Assembly: GCA_965224195.1 (NCBI GenBank)
Contig: OZ245040.1
Coordinates: 832,001-896,000, forward strand
From: Nitrosopumilus sp.
GTDB lineage: Archaea; Thermoproteota; Nitrososphaeria; Nitrososphaerales; Nitrosopumilaceae
Direction: 5' to 3'
Length of the DNA: 64,000 bases
Below, piece after piece: positions 18,315 to 28,103 of this stretch. The position numbers and the translations under genes are program-made. Under the pieces are notes generated by a model, which was not told the DNA's origin, did no database searches, and saw only the letters and a program-made list of their open reading frames with translations. Each line of letters opens with the position of its first letter. Position 1 is the stretch's first letter.

Positions 18315-19846
18315 TAGTCTAATAACAAATCTTTCTGTACCAACCCTTGAGTTGATTCCACTGCAACCTCATTCATCTTCTCTGCTTTTGCCCATGCATT
18401 AATTGCACTTTGATCTGCTCCCATTACCTTTTCTTTTACTTCTTCAACATGAACCAGTGATGGAAGATTTGTCCATTGTCCCACAAGAACTGCATCTCCG
18501 ACGTTTAGTGATGTTAATTGAGCGATTAATTCACGACTAGTTGACTCTGTTGCAGAGGCAATTTGTCGTTGGTCATCCTCTTGAATAATCTTCATTATTG
18601 CAAATGAGCCCATCTGGCTGAGAACGTTAAGATCCACACTTCTAGGTCGTTGAGAAACTACTCCAAGTCCTAATCCAAACTTTCTACCTTCTCTGGCAAT
18701 TTTAGCAGCCCAATATTTTGCACTAGTATCATGATCTTTTGGAATGAATACATGTGCTTCTTCAATGATTACAAAAATTGGTGAATTAAATCTGAAATTT
18801 CTTTCTCGTTTAGTTTTTCTATGTTTTGCAATACTTGCATCTTTTCTATCTTTGAGTAGTTGTTGTAGGTAAAATGCAACTGCCACATTTGCTTGTTTTT
18901 CAGATAATTCTGAAATATTTAGAATATTTGTTCTACCTTCTTTGATAAAACTAATTGGGTCTCCCATATCTGGGTCCAAAATATCTTCAAATCTTCTCTG
19001 AGCATCTTCTATGATATCTTGAACTCTATATGCTGATGTTCTAATTTCTTTTAATTTTTTATCTTCAGAATTTACTATGAAGTCTACTTCACTTTCTAAT
19101 TTACTCCAAAATTCTTTTGATTCCTTTACATGTTTTGTAAATGCCATTCTTAAAACACGTTGTTGAACATTTGCACCATCTCTAATTTCTAATACTTCTG
19201 ATAACTGGTCAGCATCTAATAATCTTGGGTTTATTTTTGCATCAACTACATTAATTCGTGGAATGTTTAGACTTGTATAGTCATTATGATAATCAAAAAT
19301 TATTACAGTTCCTTTCAATTTTGAAATTTGTTTTGTAATTAGTGATACTAAATTACTTTTGCCCATACCTGTCATTGCAAGAATTCCTAAATGTCTTGAA
19401 ACAATTTTATCTAAATTCACTTTGGCATCAATTGATTTATTTCGTAAAAGATTTCCAATACTCACCCATCCTTCTTTTTCCGGACTAAAGATTTCTTCCA
19501 AGTCTTGTTTGCTTGGTAAAGTAATTTCTGTGCCTGGAATTGGAGGAATTGCCGGTATTATTGACTGCCCTTTTCTTAGATTTTTTAAAAACCCTAAAAT
19601 TCCAATATGGGCAGTGAATGTTTTGTCTCTTTTGTTTAATTCAGCAATTTCAGTACTTTCTGAAGCTTCATCAAAATTTCTTACATCTGTAAATGCTGCA
19701 CTAGAAACTGAAGACCTTTCTACTAATCCTAAGATTTCTCCTTCGTCTGAACCAATTTTGATGTATTCTCCTACTGATAATGCTCTTGAAGTAATTGCTG
19801 TAACAATTGTAGGCTTTGACTCGCCAATTACAAAACCTAGACTCAA
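18314..19846 (-). CDS. herA: HerA bipolar DNA helicase
   Basis: HAS barrel, RHLGILAMTGMGKSN, IEEAH, REGRKFG, SQRP. Confidence 0.92.
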   Translation of the reverse strand: MSLGFVIGESKPTIVTAITSRALSVGEYIKIGSDEGEILGLVERSSVSSAAFTDVRNFDEASESTEIAELNKRDKTFTAHIGILGFLKNLRKGQSIIPAIPPIPGTEITLPSKQDLEEIFSPEKEGWVSIGNLLRNKSIDAKVNLDKIVSRHLGILAMTGMGKSNLVSLITKQISKLKGTVIIFDYHNDYTSLNIPRINVVDAKINPRLLDADQLSEVLEIRDGANVQQRVLRMAFTKHVKESKEFWSKLESEVDFIVNSEDKKLKEIRTSAYRVQDIIEDAQRRFEDILDPDMGDPISFIKEGRTNILNISELSEKQANVAVAFYLQQLLKDRKDASIAKHRKTKRERNFRFNSPIFVIIEEAHVFIPKDHDTSAKYWAAKIAREGRKFGLGLGVVSQRPRSVDLNVLSQMGSFAIMKIIQEDDQRQIASATESTSRELIAQLTSLNVGDAVLVGQWTNLPSLVHVEEVKEKVMGADQSAINAWAKAEKMNEVAVESTQGLVQKDLLLD

Positions 19847-20679
19847 CCAAGTACCTCCCGTGAACCAATTTCATTATTTAATCCTAACAAACTAACCATC
19901 TTTGCAAGTTCTTTATCAGATATTTTACAGTTATTATGTGCAATCTTTAGAGCGTATGGGTATCCTCCGACACTAGTTTTGTATAATTTATTCATAATTG
20001 ATTTAACTTCATTTTCATCATGTTGCTCCCCTAAAAATTCTAATTTAATTATTGGAGTAGAATCACTTAATCTTACAAATGTTGAAGATATTATTTTATC
20101 TGCCCCGTATTTTTTTTCTACAAAAATTTTACTAAATCCTGGTTTGTTTGTTACATGATTATAATAGAAGATATCTCCTGCAAGAGAACCTAGATTTTCA
20201 AATTGTTTCTTTGTGTTTGATGTCTTTGCTATGAACACCACGTTATCTTTCTTTTTCATTATTCTTACAATTGATGCCCCCAAGTTTGCTTGCCTGGTCA
20301 TTAACTGTGAATGTAGAGATCCATCCATCAACACCATGTCTACAGTATCTACTGTTTTCTCACATGCTTCAATTTCCATTTTACTTGCAACACTTGAAAT
20401 GTCATCAGCTGATCCTAATCCTGATTTATGTAAATCGACCAAAATTTCACCATTTGATTTTACTGATACAGCAGTAGTTGCCCATAATTCAATGCCTTGA
20501 AATTTTGTATTGTTGAAACTCGAATCAATCCCTGCAGTTACTACCTCTTCTTTTGTAGGCATGAATTCTATCCAATTATCACGTGCTTTTTGTAAAATCT
20601 GTTCAAATTTAGGCCCCTTTAGTATTGAGAGCATTTTGTCTCTGTTGATAATTGCGTCTTTGTATACTGTGTTAAGCAC
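19843..20679 (-). CDS. nurA: NurA nuclease
   Basis: AGIDSS, LMDGSL, AKTS, GYPYALKIAH; first gene of nurA-herA-mre11-rad50 operon. Confidence 0.9.
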   Translation of the reverse strand: MLNTVYKDAIINRDKMLSILKGPKFEQILQKARDNWIEFMPTKEEVVTAGIDSSFNNTKFQGIELWATTAVSVKSNGEILVDLHKSGLGSADDISSVASKMEIEACEKTVDTVDMVLMDGSLHSQLMTRQANLGASIVRIMKKKDNVVFIAKTSNTKKQFENLGSLAGDIFYYNHVTNKPGFSKIFVEKKYGADKIISSTFVRLSDSTPIIKLEFLGEQHDENEVKSIMNKLYKTSVGGYPYALKIAHNNCKISDKELAKMVSLLGLNNEIGSREVLG

Positions 20680-20752
20680 ACCAATACTTTGTAGGTTTGA
20701 ATAAAATCTTTAGGTTATGCTAAACCTTGACAAAGTTGATCCATCAAATCTC

Positions 20753-21739
20753 TTACCCTATCCTACCTTTGAGGATGATTTTTTCATTTGTATTGGATGG
20801 AGTGGATTTGTCAATGTATCTGATTTCATATTCATCACCAATGTGGATTGTTTTCCCATCTAATTGTCGAGGAATCTTTATTTGAACTTCAAAAATATTT
20901 GAGTTTGGTCCAGTTTCCACAAGATATGCTGAATTAGCATCAAAACTTGAATTTGCTAAAGTGGTTCTAATCCCTCCATCTCCTCTATATTCTAACTCAC
21001 TAAGCGGAATTTTATCTTCATCTTTTGAATCTCTATTTGCATCAGGATCATAAATCCTAACTGTAAAATCATGACCTATCCTGGATCCTCCTCCTGATGT
21101 TTGCACTTTGGCAAATGACTTAGTAAGTGGCACTGATTTTACCAATACTCTTTCTTCTCCTGAATAATCTGATTCATCCAAATATTTTATCAATACAATG
21201 TTGTCTTGACTTAATGGTTTTCCATTTACTGTTTCCGGTAATTCTAGTTTAATGTAAAATTGACCTGTGTTGGGTCCAGTTTCAATCATATTTTTAGGAC
21301 CTTCAATTGGGATCCCCCCTACTGTAAATTCAAACAATCCTTCAGTAGGAATAACTTCAACTCCATTATGTGAAATATTCAAATCATGATCAGTGATGTA
21401 GAAATTTACAATTGACATTGATGATGCAGGAACTGTTGTAATTTCTTTATCTGTGGCCTGGAAAGATCTATTGCTGTAATTCAAATCTGTAAATTTTATT
21501 GGAGTAAATAATATGCCTATTTTTTGCATCTTTTCTGCAGTTTCTGGTTTTACACAAGCTGGAGAACCGTTTGTTCTGATTACTAATTCTAATCCATTTT
21601 TACAAAGAACATTTTCAGGAGATATCCCTTTATTCATTTGCTGTTTTGGTGATTCTATTTCTGCATTTACTGGAAGAATAAATGATAATGTTAAAAAAAA
21701 TATTATTCCGATGAATGCTTTATTTCGAAAAACCAACAA
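20753..21739 (-). CDS. Exported hypothetical protein with duplicated ETGPN domain
   Basis: Signal peptide, SPKQQ...C...PACVKP thaumarchaeal motif, two ETGPN repeats. Confidence 0.7.
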   Translation of the reverse strand: MLVFRNKAFIGIIFFLTLSFILPVNAEIESPKQQMNKGISPENVLCKNGLELVIRTNGSPACVKPETAEKMQKIGILFTPIKFTDLNYSNRSFQATDKEITTVPASSMSIVNFYITDHDLNISHNGVEVIPTEGLFEFTVGGIPIEGPKNMIETGPNTGQFYIKLELPETVNGKPLSQDNIVLIKYLDESDYSGEERVLVKSVPLTKSFAKVQTSGGGSRIGHDFTVRIYDPDANRDSKDEDKIPLSELEYRGDGGIRTTLANSSFDANSAYLVETGPNSNIFEVQIKIPRQLDGKTIHIGDEYEIRYIDKSTPSNTNEKIILKGRIG

Positions 21740-21866
21740 TATTTCAAAACCACTATTTTATTTTAAATAGATTTAGTATCAATTCTACGTTAATTCATGA
21801 CTATTTTACAATGATTTCATAATTATAGACTAGAATTAATTAAGAGATATTTTCTAGTATGATTAC

Positions 21867-22685
21867 TTGAAAAGAATAGGTTTGTTGGGATGTGGTGCTA
21901 TGGGTACTCAAATTGCACTGGCAATTGATTCTGAAAAAATCCCTGCAATTCTCACACATGTCTTTGATGATTCAAAAGAGAAATCTATATCATTAGTTGA
22001 AAAACTTATCCACAAACCTGAAATTGTTGAAAATTCACATTTACTGTCTTCAAACCCTATTGACATTGTTGTTGAAGCTGCATCTCAAGATGCGGTTAGA
22101 GATGCTTCTTTGAGTGTTTTACAAAACAAGAAAGATCTTATGATAATGAGTGTAGGTGCATTGCTTGATGAATCTATTTACGATATTTTATCTGATGCTT
22201 GTAAGGATTTTAAAAAAACAATCTACCTCCCTTCCGGCGCTATTGCGGGATTAGACGGAATAAAATCAGTTAAAGATGAACTTGAATCTTTATCGATTAT
22301 AACCACGAAACATCCTCGTTCGTTAAAGGGTGCAAAGTTTTTTGAAACATCTGATATTAATTTAGATGAAGTTATCTCATCCACTGTTATCTTTGATGGA
22401 ATTGCAAAAGAAGCAGTGTCTCTATTCCCTGCAAATATCAATGTGGCCGCATTACTTTCTTTAACTGGAATTGGAAGTGAAAAAACTGGTGTCAAAATAA
22501 TTGCTGATCCTAACACTGACAAAAATACACATCACATTGAAGCTAAAGGAAAATTTGGGAAGATGACTTTTACAATTGAGAATTATCCTGATGCAAATAA
22601 TCCCAAGACAAGTAGATTAGCAATTTTGTCAGCCATTGAGACGTTGAAAAAATACTGCTTAAATGATATTCAGATTGGTACCTAA
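21867..22685 (+). CDS. nadX: L-aspartate dehydrogenase
   Basis: GCGAMG, VEAASQ, SVGAL, PSGAIAGLD, FPANINVAA, NPKTS; next to nadA. Confidence 0.92.
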   Translation: MKRIGLLGCGAMGTQIALAIDSEKIPAILTHVFDDSKEKSISLVEKLIHKPEIVENSHLLSSNPIDIVVEAASQDAVRDASLSVLQNKKDLMIMSVGALLDESIYDILSDACKDFKKTIYLPSGAIAGLDGIKSVKDELESLSIITTKHPRSLKGAKFFETSDINLDEVISSTVIFDGIAKEAVSLFPANINVAALLSLTGIGSEKTGVKIIADPNTDKNTHHIEAKGKFGKMTFTIENYPDANNPKTSRLAILSAIETLKKYCLNDIQIGT

Positions 22686-22778
22686 TATGGCAATAATTGC
22701 CACATTTGCTTGTTTTTCAGAGAATTCTGGACTATTTCCCATTCTTTAAATCCCCTACAATTTCATTTTGTACTGTTT

Positions 22779-23735
22779 ATGCTTGTACAGCAATCCTCAG
22801 CACTCAAAGAAGAGATTCTGAGACTAAAGAAAGAAAAAGATGTGGTGATTTTAGCACACAATTATCAGATTCCTGATGTACAAGACGTGGCTGATTTTAC
22901 TGGTGATTCTTTAGGACTATCTAGACAAGCCGCAACAGTTACACAAAAAACAATTCTCTTTTGTGGTGTGAACTTTATGGCCGAAACTGCTGCAATCATA
23001 AGTCCTCAAAAAACTGTATTACTTCCTGATTTAGAAGCTGGTTGCTCATTATCTGATTCAATTACTGTTGATGAATTAAGAAATTGGAAGAAACAACATC
23101 CTGATGCAATTGCAGTTGGATATGTTAACACTACTGCTGAAATTAAAGCAGAACTTGACTATTGTTGCACTTCATCTAATGCAGTAAATGTTGTCAAAGC
23201 AATTCCTGAATACAAAGAAATTTTGTTTTTACCTGACATGTTTCTGGGATCTTATGTTGCTAAAATGACTGGTAGAAAAAATATGCATATTTGGGCTGGT
23301 GAATGTCATGTTCATGCAGGAATTACCCCTGAAGATGTAACTAAAAAATTAGAATCCATGCAAGATGCTGAATTTGTTATACATCCTGAATGTAGTTGTA
23401 CTACACCAATGATGTATGATGTTGCAGATGGAAGTTATGATGACAAAAAAGTTTCAATACTTTCTACTGAGGGAATGCTAAATCATGTAAAAGAATCAAA
23501 TGCAAAGAATTTTGTTGTTGCAACTGAAACTGGAATTTTATATCGAATGAAAAAAGATAATCCTGATAAAACATTCATTCCTGCATCAGAAAAAGCAGAA
23601 TGTCAATATATGAAAATGATTACACTTGAAAAAGTATATGATGCATTGATAAATGAAAAAAATGTTGTCACAGTTCCTAAAGAAATTGCAGATAAAGCCC
23701 GTTTAGCAATTGATAGAATGCTTGCAATTAGCTAA
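22779..23735 (+). CDS. nadA: Quinolinate synthase
   Basis: ILAHNYQ, GDSL, CGVNFMAE, AGCSL, YVNT, HPEC, CQYMK; ATG 22779 preferred to TTG 22710. Confidence 0.95.
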   Translation: MLVQQSSALKEEILRLKKEKDVVILAHNYQIPDVQDVADFTGDSLGLSRQAATVTQKTILFCGVNFMAETAAIISPQKTVLLPDLEAGCSLSDSITVDELRNWKKQHPDAIAVGYVNTTAEIKAELDYCCTSSNAVNVVKAIPEYKEILFLPDMFLGSYVAKMTGRKNMHIWAGECHVHAGITPEDVTKKLESMQDAEFVIHPECSCTTPMMYDVADGSYDDKKVSILSTEGMLNHVKESNAKNFVVATETGILYRMKKDNPDKTFIPASEKAECQYMKMITLEKVYDALINEKNVVTVPKEIADKARLAIDRMLAIS

Positions 23736-23746
23736 TTTGTTTAATT

Positions 23747-24139
23747 ATGACTGGATTATTTTCAAGAGAGCCTAAAGATCCTCAACAGAAAAAAAATGCT
23801 CAAAAATTAAAAGAAGTAAAAAAACTTGTTAAAGAAAAAAAATATGCTGAGGCTTTAAAATTGGGCACAGAATATTTACAAAAAGTACCAAATCATCATG
23901 ATATCCTATTTACTATGGGTGGAATCTACTATTTGAAAAATAAATACAAAACTGCTATTTCTTATTTTGACCAGGCTCTTGAAATTGGAAATTATGACAT
24001 TGATGTTTTATTACTAAAAGCATACTCTCATCAAAAATTGGGAGAAAATAAACGAGTACTGCAATGCTGTGAAAAAATTAAAGAAATAGATCCAAAAAAT
24101 AAATTAGTAGCAAATTTGTTAGAGCAATTAAATTCTTAA
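23747..24139 (+). CDS. TPR repeat protein
   Basis: Helical TPR pattern (GGIYY...AISYFDQALEI; IDPKN). Confidence 0.8.
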   Translation: MTGLFSREPKDPQQKKNAQKLKEVKKLVKEKKYAEALKLGTEYLQKVPNHHDILFTMGGIYYLKNKYKTAISYFDQALEIGNYDIDVLLLKAYSHQKLGENKRVLQCCEKIKEIDPKNKLVANLLEQLNS

Positions 24140-24951
24140 ATCTCTAAACTCATATCAATTCCTTTAACGGAATTTGTAATACTTCCCACTGAAATTATAT
24201 CTACATCTGTTTGACCATATTTTGAAATATTTGTGGAATTAATCCCACCTGATGCTTCAAGTAAGACTTTTTTTCTTAATTTTTGACTTTTCAACATTTG
24301 AATTGTTTTCTTAATTTGTGCTGGTGTAAAATTATCTAACATAATTATGCTTGCACCTTCTTTTGCAGCTAATATTGCATCCGAAGTATTTTCAACTTCA
24401 ACTTCAAATTTTTTATATTTTTTCTTTGCTTTTTTAATTAATGATAATAATGAATCCCCTACTGCGATATGATTATCTTTAATCATTACCATCTCATCTA
24501 ATCTGAGTCTATGTTTTTTACCTCCTCCTATTTCTACTGCTTCTTTGTCAAAATATCTTAGTCCTGGAGCCGTTTTTCTAGTTGCATACAATTTTGTTTT
24601 CTTTGGAATTTTTTCCACTAGTGTGTTTGTTTGAGTTGCAATACCGCTCATTCTTGTTAAAAGATTTAATGCTGTTCTTTCACATGTCAAAATATTTCCT
24701 GCATTTCCGGTGATGGTCATTATAGTTTGATTTGGTCTTATTTTAGAACCGTCTTTTTTCAAAATTTTAGAATTACACCCTTTTAGTTTAAAAATATCTT
24801 TAGCGTACGTTACACCTGCAAGTACAGCTGTTTCTCTAGAAATTATTTTTACTAAGATTTTTTTCTTTGGTAATAGTTTACTTGTAATGTCTCCTTTACC
24901 TATGTCTTCAGTCAGAAATTGTAATAATTGTTTTTTAGAATTAAATGTCAA
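24136..24951 (-). CDS. nadC: Nicotinate-nucleotide pyrophosphorylase (carboxylating)
   Basis: EDIGKGDIT, TRKTAPG, HRLRL, IKDNH, MLDNF, EASGGI. Confidence 0.95.
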   Translation of the reverse strand: MTFNSKKQLLQFLTEDIGKGDITSKLLPKKKILVKIISRETAVLAGVTYAKDIFKLKGCNSKILKKDGSKIRPNQTIMTITGNAGNILTCERTALNLLTRMSGIATQTNTLVEKIPKKTKLYATRKTAPGLRYFDKEAVEIGGGKKHRLRLDEMVMIKDNHIAVGDSLLSLIKKAKKKYKKFEVEVENTSDAILAAKEGASIIMLDNFTPAQIKKTIQMLKSQKLRKKVLLEASGGINSTNISKYGQTDVDIISVGSITNSVKGIDMSLEI

Positions 24952-24986
24952 TATACTGATGAAATGTTAATATGATTTTAAAGATT

Positions 24987-25175
24987 TTATGTTACTTTAA
25001 TTGCGTATTTGCCTTTTGTAGTGATACCTAATGTTTTTGAGATTTCTGAATTTGTTGGATCAACTACTAGTACAACTCCAATCCAATCTGGTGTCAAATC
25101 TGATGATTTACAATTAGGACATACTTTTAGAGTTGTTACATGTTTACATTTGCGGCATGCCATTTCTCGTGCCAT
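24987..25175 (-). CDS. spt4: Transcription elongation factor Spt4 (RpoE'')
   Basis: ACRKC...CPNC, DWIG, SEIS, GKYAIKV; downstream of rpoE'. Confidence 0.92.
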   Translation of the reverse strand: MAREMACRKCKHVTTLKVCPNCKSSDLTPDWIGVVLVVDPTNSEISKTLGITTKGKYAIKVT

Positions 25176-25176
25176 T

Positions 25177-25773
25177 CTAACTTGCCTCTATTTTTTCTTC
25201 CTTTGCTGGCTCTTCTTTGCCACCGCTGGCTTTCTTAATTTCTTCTACAATCCAATCATCTGCACCGAGGAATGGTTGTCTACATGTGATTCCAATCTTA
25301 CCCATTGCTGCAGCTTTTCCTAATGATACTGCAGTGATTCTTGCACGAAGTGTTGAACCAACTTTTAGTGTTCTACCACTTTGATTTGCTAATATCATTC
25401 CAGATTTTACGTCACTCTTAAGATAATCATCCATTACTTGTGACAAGTGAAGTAATGCATCAGTTGGACCAATTCTTACAAATGCTCCAAAGTCTGTAAT
25501 ATCTACAATTTCACCTTGAACAATTTCTTGCAATTTTGGATAAAATGTTAATGCTTCAAATTCAACTTTATGGAATGTTCCACCGTCACCGGCAATCATC
25601 TTTCCCATCTCATCAACTTTGGCATCTAAAATCATAATGATATATCCTAAATCTGCATTAATCATACTCTCGTACTTTTCTTTGAGAATGTTTACTCCTG
25701 CCTTTTTGAGTGTGGTTCCAAACAAGCTTGGAGGAATCCTAACAACATCAACTAGGGTAGATATAGAAAACAA
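25177..25773 (-). CDS. rpoE1: DNA-directed RNA polymerase subunit E' (Rpo7)
   Basis: VRIPP, GDGG, S1 domain FGAFVRIGPTDALLHLSQ, CRQPFLG. Confidence 0.95.
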   Translation of the reverse strand: MFSISTLVDVVRIPPSLFGTTLKKAGVNILKEKYESMINADLGYIIMILDAKVDEMGKMIAGDGGTFHKVEFEALTFYPKLQEIVQGEIVDITDFGAFVRIGPTDALLHLSQVMDDYLKSDVKSGMILANQSGRTLKVGSTLRARITAVSLGKAAAMGKIGITCRQPFLGADDWIVEEIKKASGGKEEPAKEEKIEAS

Positions 25774-25922
25774 ATGTACAGTTTTTCTCGAATTTCAATT
25801 TATGAATGTTTAGATGATTTTAGGCATAAATTCTCAAAGTTTTTTCGTATTTTTCAAATAAATGCCCATTTCTTTTGGTCTCTAACTTATGTTTAAATAA
25901 AGTAAACTGACTTTTTGACGCA

Positions 25923-27035
25923 ATGGTTGGTATCGATCAAGTTCTTGAAAAACTCAGTACTGTAATTGATCCTGATTTGAAAAAAGATATCGTATCCATG
26001 GGTATGATTAAAGATTTAGAACTTAATGATGGTAATCTCAAATTTACATTAGAATTAACTACTCCTGCATGTCCGTTCAATGTTGAAATTGAAGATGATG
26101 TCAGAAAGGCAATTGCAGACCTTTCTGATTTGAAAAATTTTGATATGAAAGTAACTGCCAAAGTAATGGAGGGTCGTTCCCTTGATGATGATACTGGAAT
26201 GGCAACTGTCAAAAATATTATCGGTGTTGCAAGTGGAAAAGGTGGTGTAGGAAAATCAACGGTTTCTTTGAATTTAGCTTTAGCATTATCAGAATCAGGA
26301 GCAAAAGTTGGTTTGTTAGATGCTGATATCTATGGTCCTAGTATCCCATTGATGCTTGGAATGAAAGATGGATTTATGGAAGTAGAAGAAAATAAACTTC
26401 AACCTGCAGAATCTCATGGATTGAAAGTTGTATCTTTTGGTTTTTTTGCTGATCAATCAAACCAAGCTGCAATTTATCGAGGTCCAATTATTTCTGGAAT
26501 CTTGAAACAATTTCTAGTTGATACTAACTGGTCTGAATTGGATTATCTTATTGTAGATCTTCCTCCTGGCACTGGTGATATACCATTAACTTTAGCACAA
26601 ACAATTCCTATTACTGGAATACTTGTTGTTACAACTCCACAAGATGTTGCAAGTCATGTTGCAGTTAAAGCAGTTTCAATGTTTGAAAAATTAAACGTTC
26701 CAATTATTGGAGTTGTTGAAAACATGGCACATTTTATTTGTCCAAATTGTGATGACAAACATTACATCTTTGGTGAAGGTGGTGCAAAGAAAATTAGTGA
26801 ACAATTCAATATGCCATTTTTAGGTGAAATTCCATTAAATGCCGGAATTATGTCTGGTTCTGATTTAGGAAAACCTATCATGATTACAAATCCTGACTCT
26901 CCAAGTGCAGCAGCTTTTAGAAAAAGTGCTAAAAATATTGCAGCTCAATGTAGTATTCTTGCAGCAAAATTACAAGAAGAAATAGCATCTGAAAGTAATG
27001 AAGAAGAATCTGCACCTGAACCAAGTACTAGTTAG
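25923..27035 (+). CDS. Mrp/NBP35 (ApbC) Fe-S cluster carrier ATPase
   Basis: DUF59 N-terminus, SGKGGVGKST, DLPPGTGD, ENM...CPNC. Confidence 0.92.
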   Translation: MVGIDQVLEKLSTVIDPDLKKDIVSMGMIKDLELNDGNLKFTLELTTPACPFNVEIEDDVRKAIADLSDLKNFDMKVTAKVMEGRSLDDDTGMATVKNIIGVASGKGGVGKSTVSLNLALALSESGAKVGLLDADIYGPSIPLMLGMKDGFMEVEENKLQPAESHGLKVVSFGFFADQSNQAAIYRGPIISGILKQFLVDTNWSELDYLIVDLPPGTGDIPLTLAQTIPITGILVVTTPQDVASHVAVKAVSMFEKLNVPIIGVVENMAHFICPNCDDKHYIFGEGGAKKISEQFNMPFLGEIPLNAGIMSGSDLGKPIMITNPDSPSAAAFRKSAKNIAAQCSILAAKLQEEIASESNEEESAPEPSTS

Positions 27036-27041
27036 ATTCCT

Positions 27042-27536
27042 GTGAAATTACCTAATTCATTAAGAGAACAAATGAAAACTCCTCTAGGTGTACTCTTACC
27101 TGAAAACCAAGTAGACAAATCTAATATTCAAAAACATCTTTCAGAAAATTCCTACATCATTACTGTGGGAGATAGAACAACTGAAAAAATGATTAATTTT
27201 GATTTAATTCCTTCTTTGCAAATCATTGATGGTCTAGAGAAAAGAGAAAAAAGAGATCCTCCAAAGTTAGATAATGCGACAGAACTAACTGTGGATAACC
27301 CTGCAGCAGAAATAACTCCTCAAAGTATTGATATGATCAAAAAGGCATTTACCCTACAAATTCCTGTCAGACTTTTTGTAAATGGTGAGGAGGATCTTTT
27401 AGTGCTACCTGTATGTGTCCATGCACCTGAAAATACAGTTGTTTTGTATGGTCAGCCGAATCAAGGACTAGTAATAGTAAGAATAACTCCAGAAATTAGA
27501 AATAAAGTACAAGGACTACTTGATTTAATGGAATAA
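27042..27536 (+). CDS. GTP-dependent dephospho-CoA kinase (DUF359)
   Basis: KTPLG, TVGD, IID, NPAAEI, GEEDL, YGQP. Confidence 0.85.
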   Translation: MKLPNSLREQMKTPLGVLLPENQVDKSNIQKHLSENSYIITVGDRTTEKMINFDLIPSLQIIDGLEKREKRDPPKLDNATELTVDNPAAEITPQSIDMIKKAFTLQIPVRLFVNGEEDLLVLPVCVHAPENTVVLYGQPNQGLVIVRITPEIRNKVQGLLDLME

Positions 27537-27537
27537 T

Positions 27538-27599
27538 TGGGGAGTGATGAGACGGTGGCTGTATGATTGGTGATTACTCCACTTAACCTTCTGACCTCA
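27538..27599 (+). ncRNA. C/D-box methylation guide sRNA (double guide)
   Basis: C box GTGATGA 27544-50, D' ATGA 27563-66, C' TGATTA 27571-76, D CTGA 27591-94, terminal stem tgggg/cctca. Confidence 0.85.
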
Positions 27600-27689
27600 T
27601 TAATTCATAATTTTATAGAATCAAAATACACTAAATTTTGTACAACTATTGACATGTCCAGATAAACACAGATTTCATCATGTATTGTT

Positions 27690-28067
27690 GTGAAGTTAGA
27701 CCCTGAACTTTCATTGCAAATTTTAGAAAAAGTTGGAATTTACTCTAATCGTTTCTCAATTTCTGAACCCAAAATTCTCTTGTCTACCAAAGAAGTATTG
27801 GATGCTCCTAAAGAGATGACTGAGGGTAGGAGAACATCTGCCTACAAGTATTATGGAGTTTCATATCTTCAACATAATCTTGTTTTCATCAATGTAAGAA
27901 AAACTCCTGATGAGAAGACTTTGGAGAATACAATAGTCCATGAATTAATCCATATGAGATTCCCGTATCTTGCTCATGGTAAAAGATTCAACAAATTAGT
28001 GCGACAAGGACTAAAAGGAAAGTCCTTTCCTCCATATAGAAAAAGAAGTAAGATCTCTGCTATTTGA
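27690..28067 (+). CDS. Minimal zincin / SprT-like HExxH protein
   Basis: TIVHELIH...HGKRF. Confidence 0.7.
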   Translation: MKLDPELSLQILEKVGIYSNRFSISEPKILLSTKEVLDAPKEMTEGRRTSAYKYYGVSYLQHNLVFINVRKTPDEKTLENTIVHELIHMRFPYLAHGKRFNKLVRQGLKGKSFPPYRKRSKISAI

Positions 28068-28103
28068 TTTATATTTCCCAGAATTGGGCAAGCAAAGTAT
28101 CTT

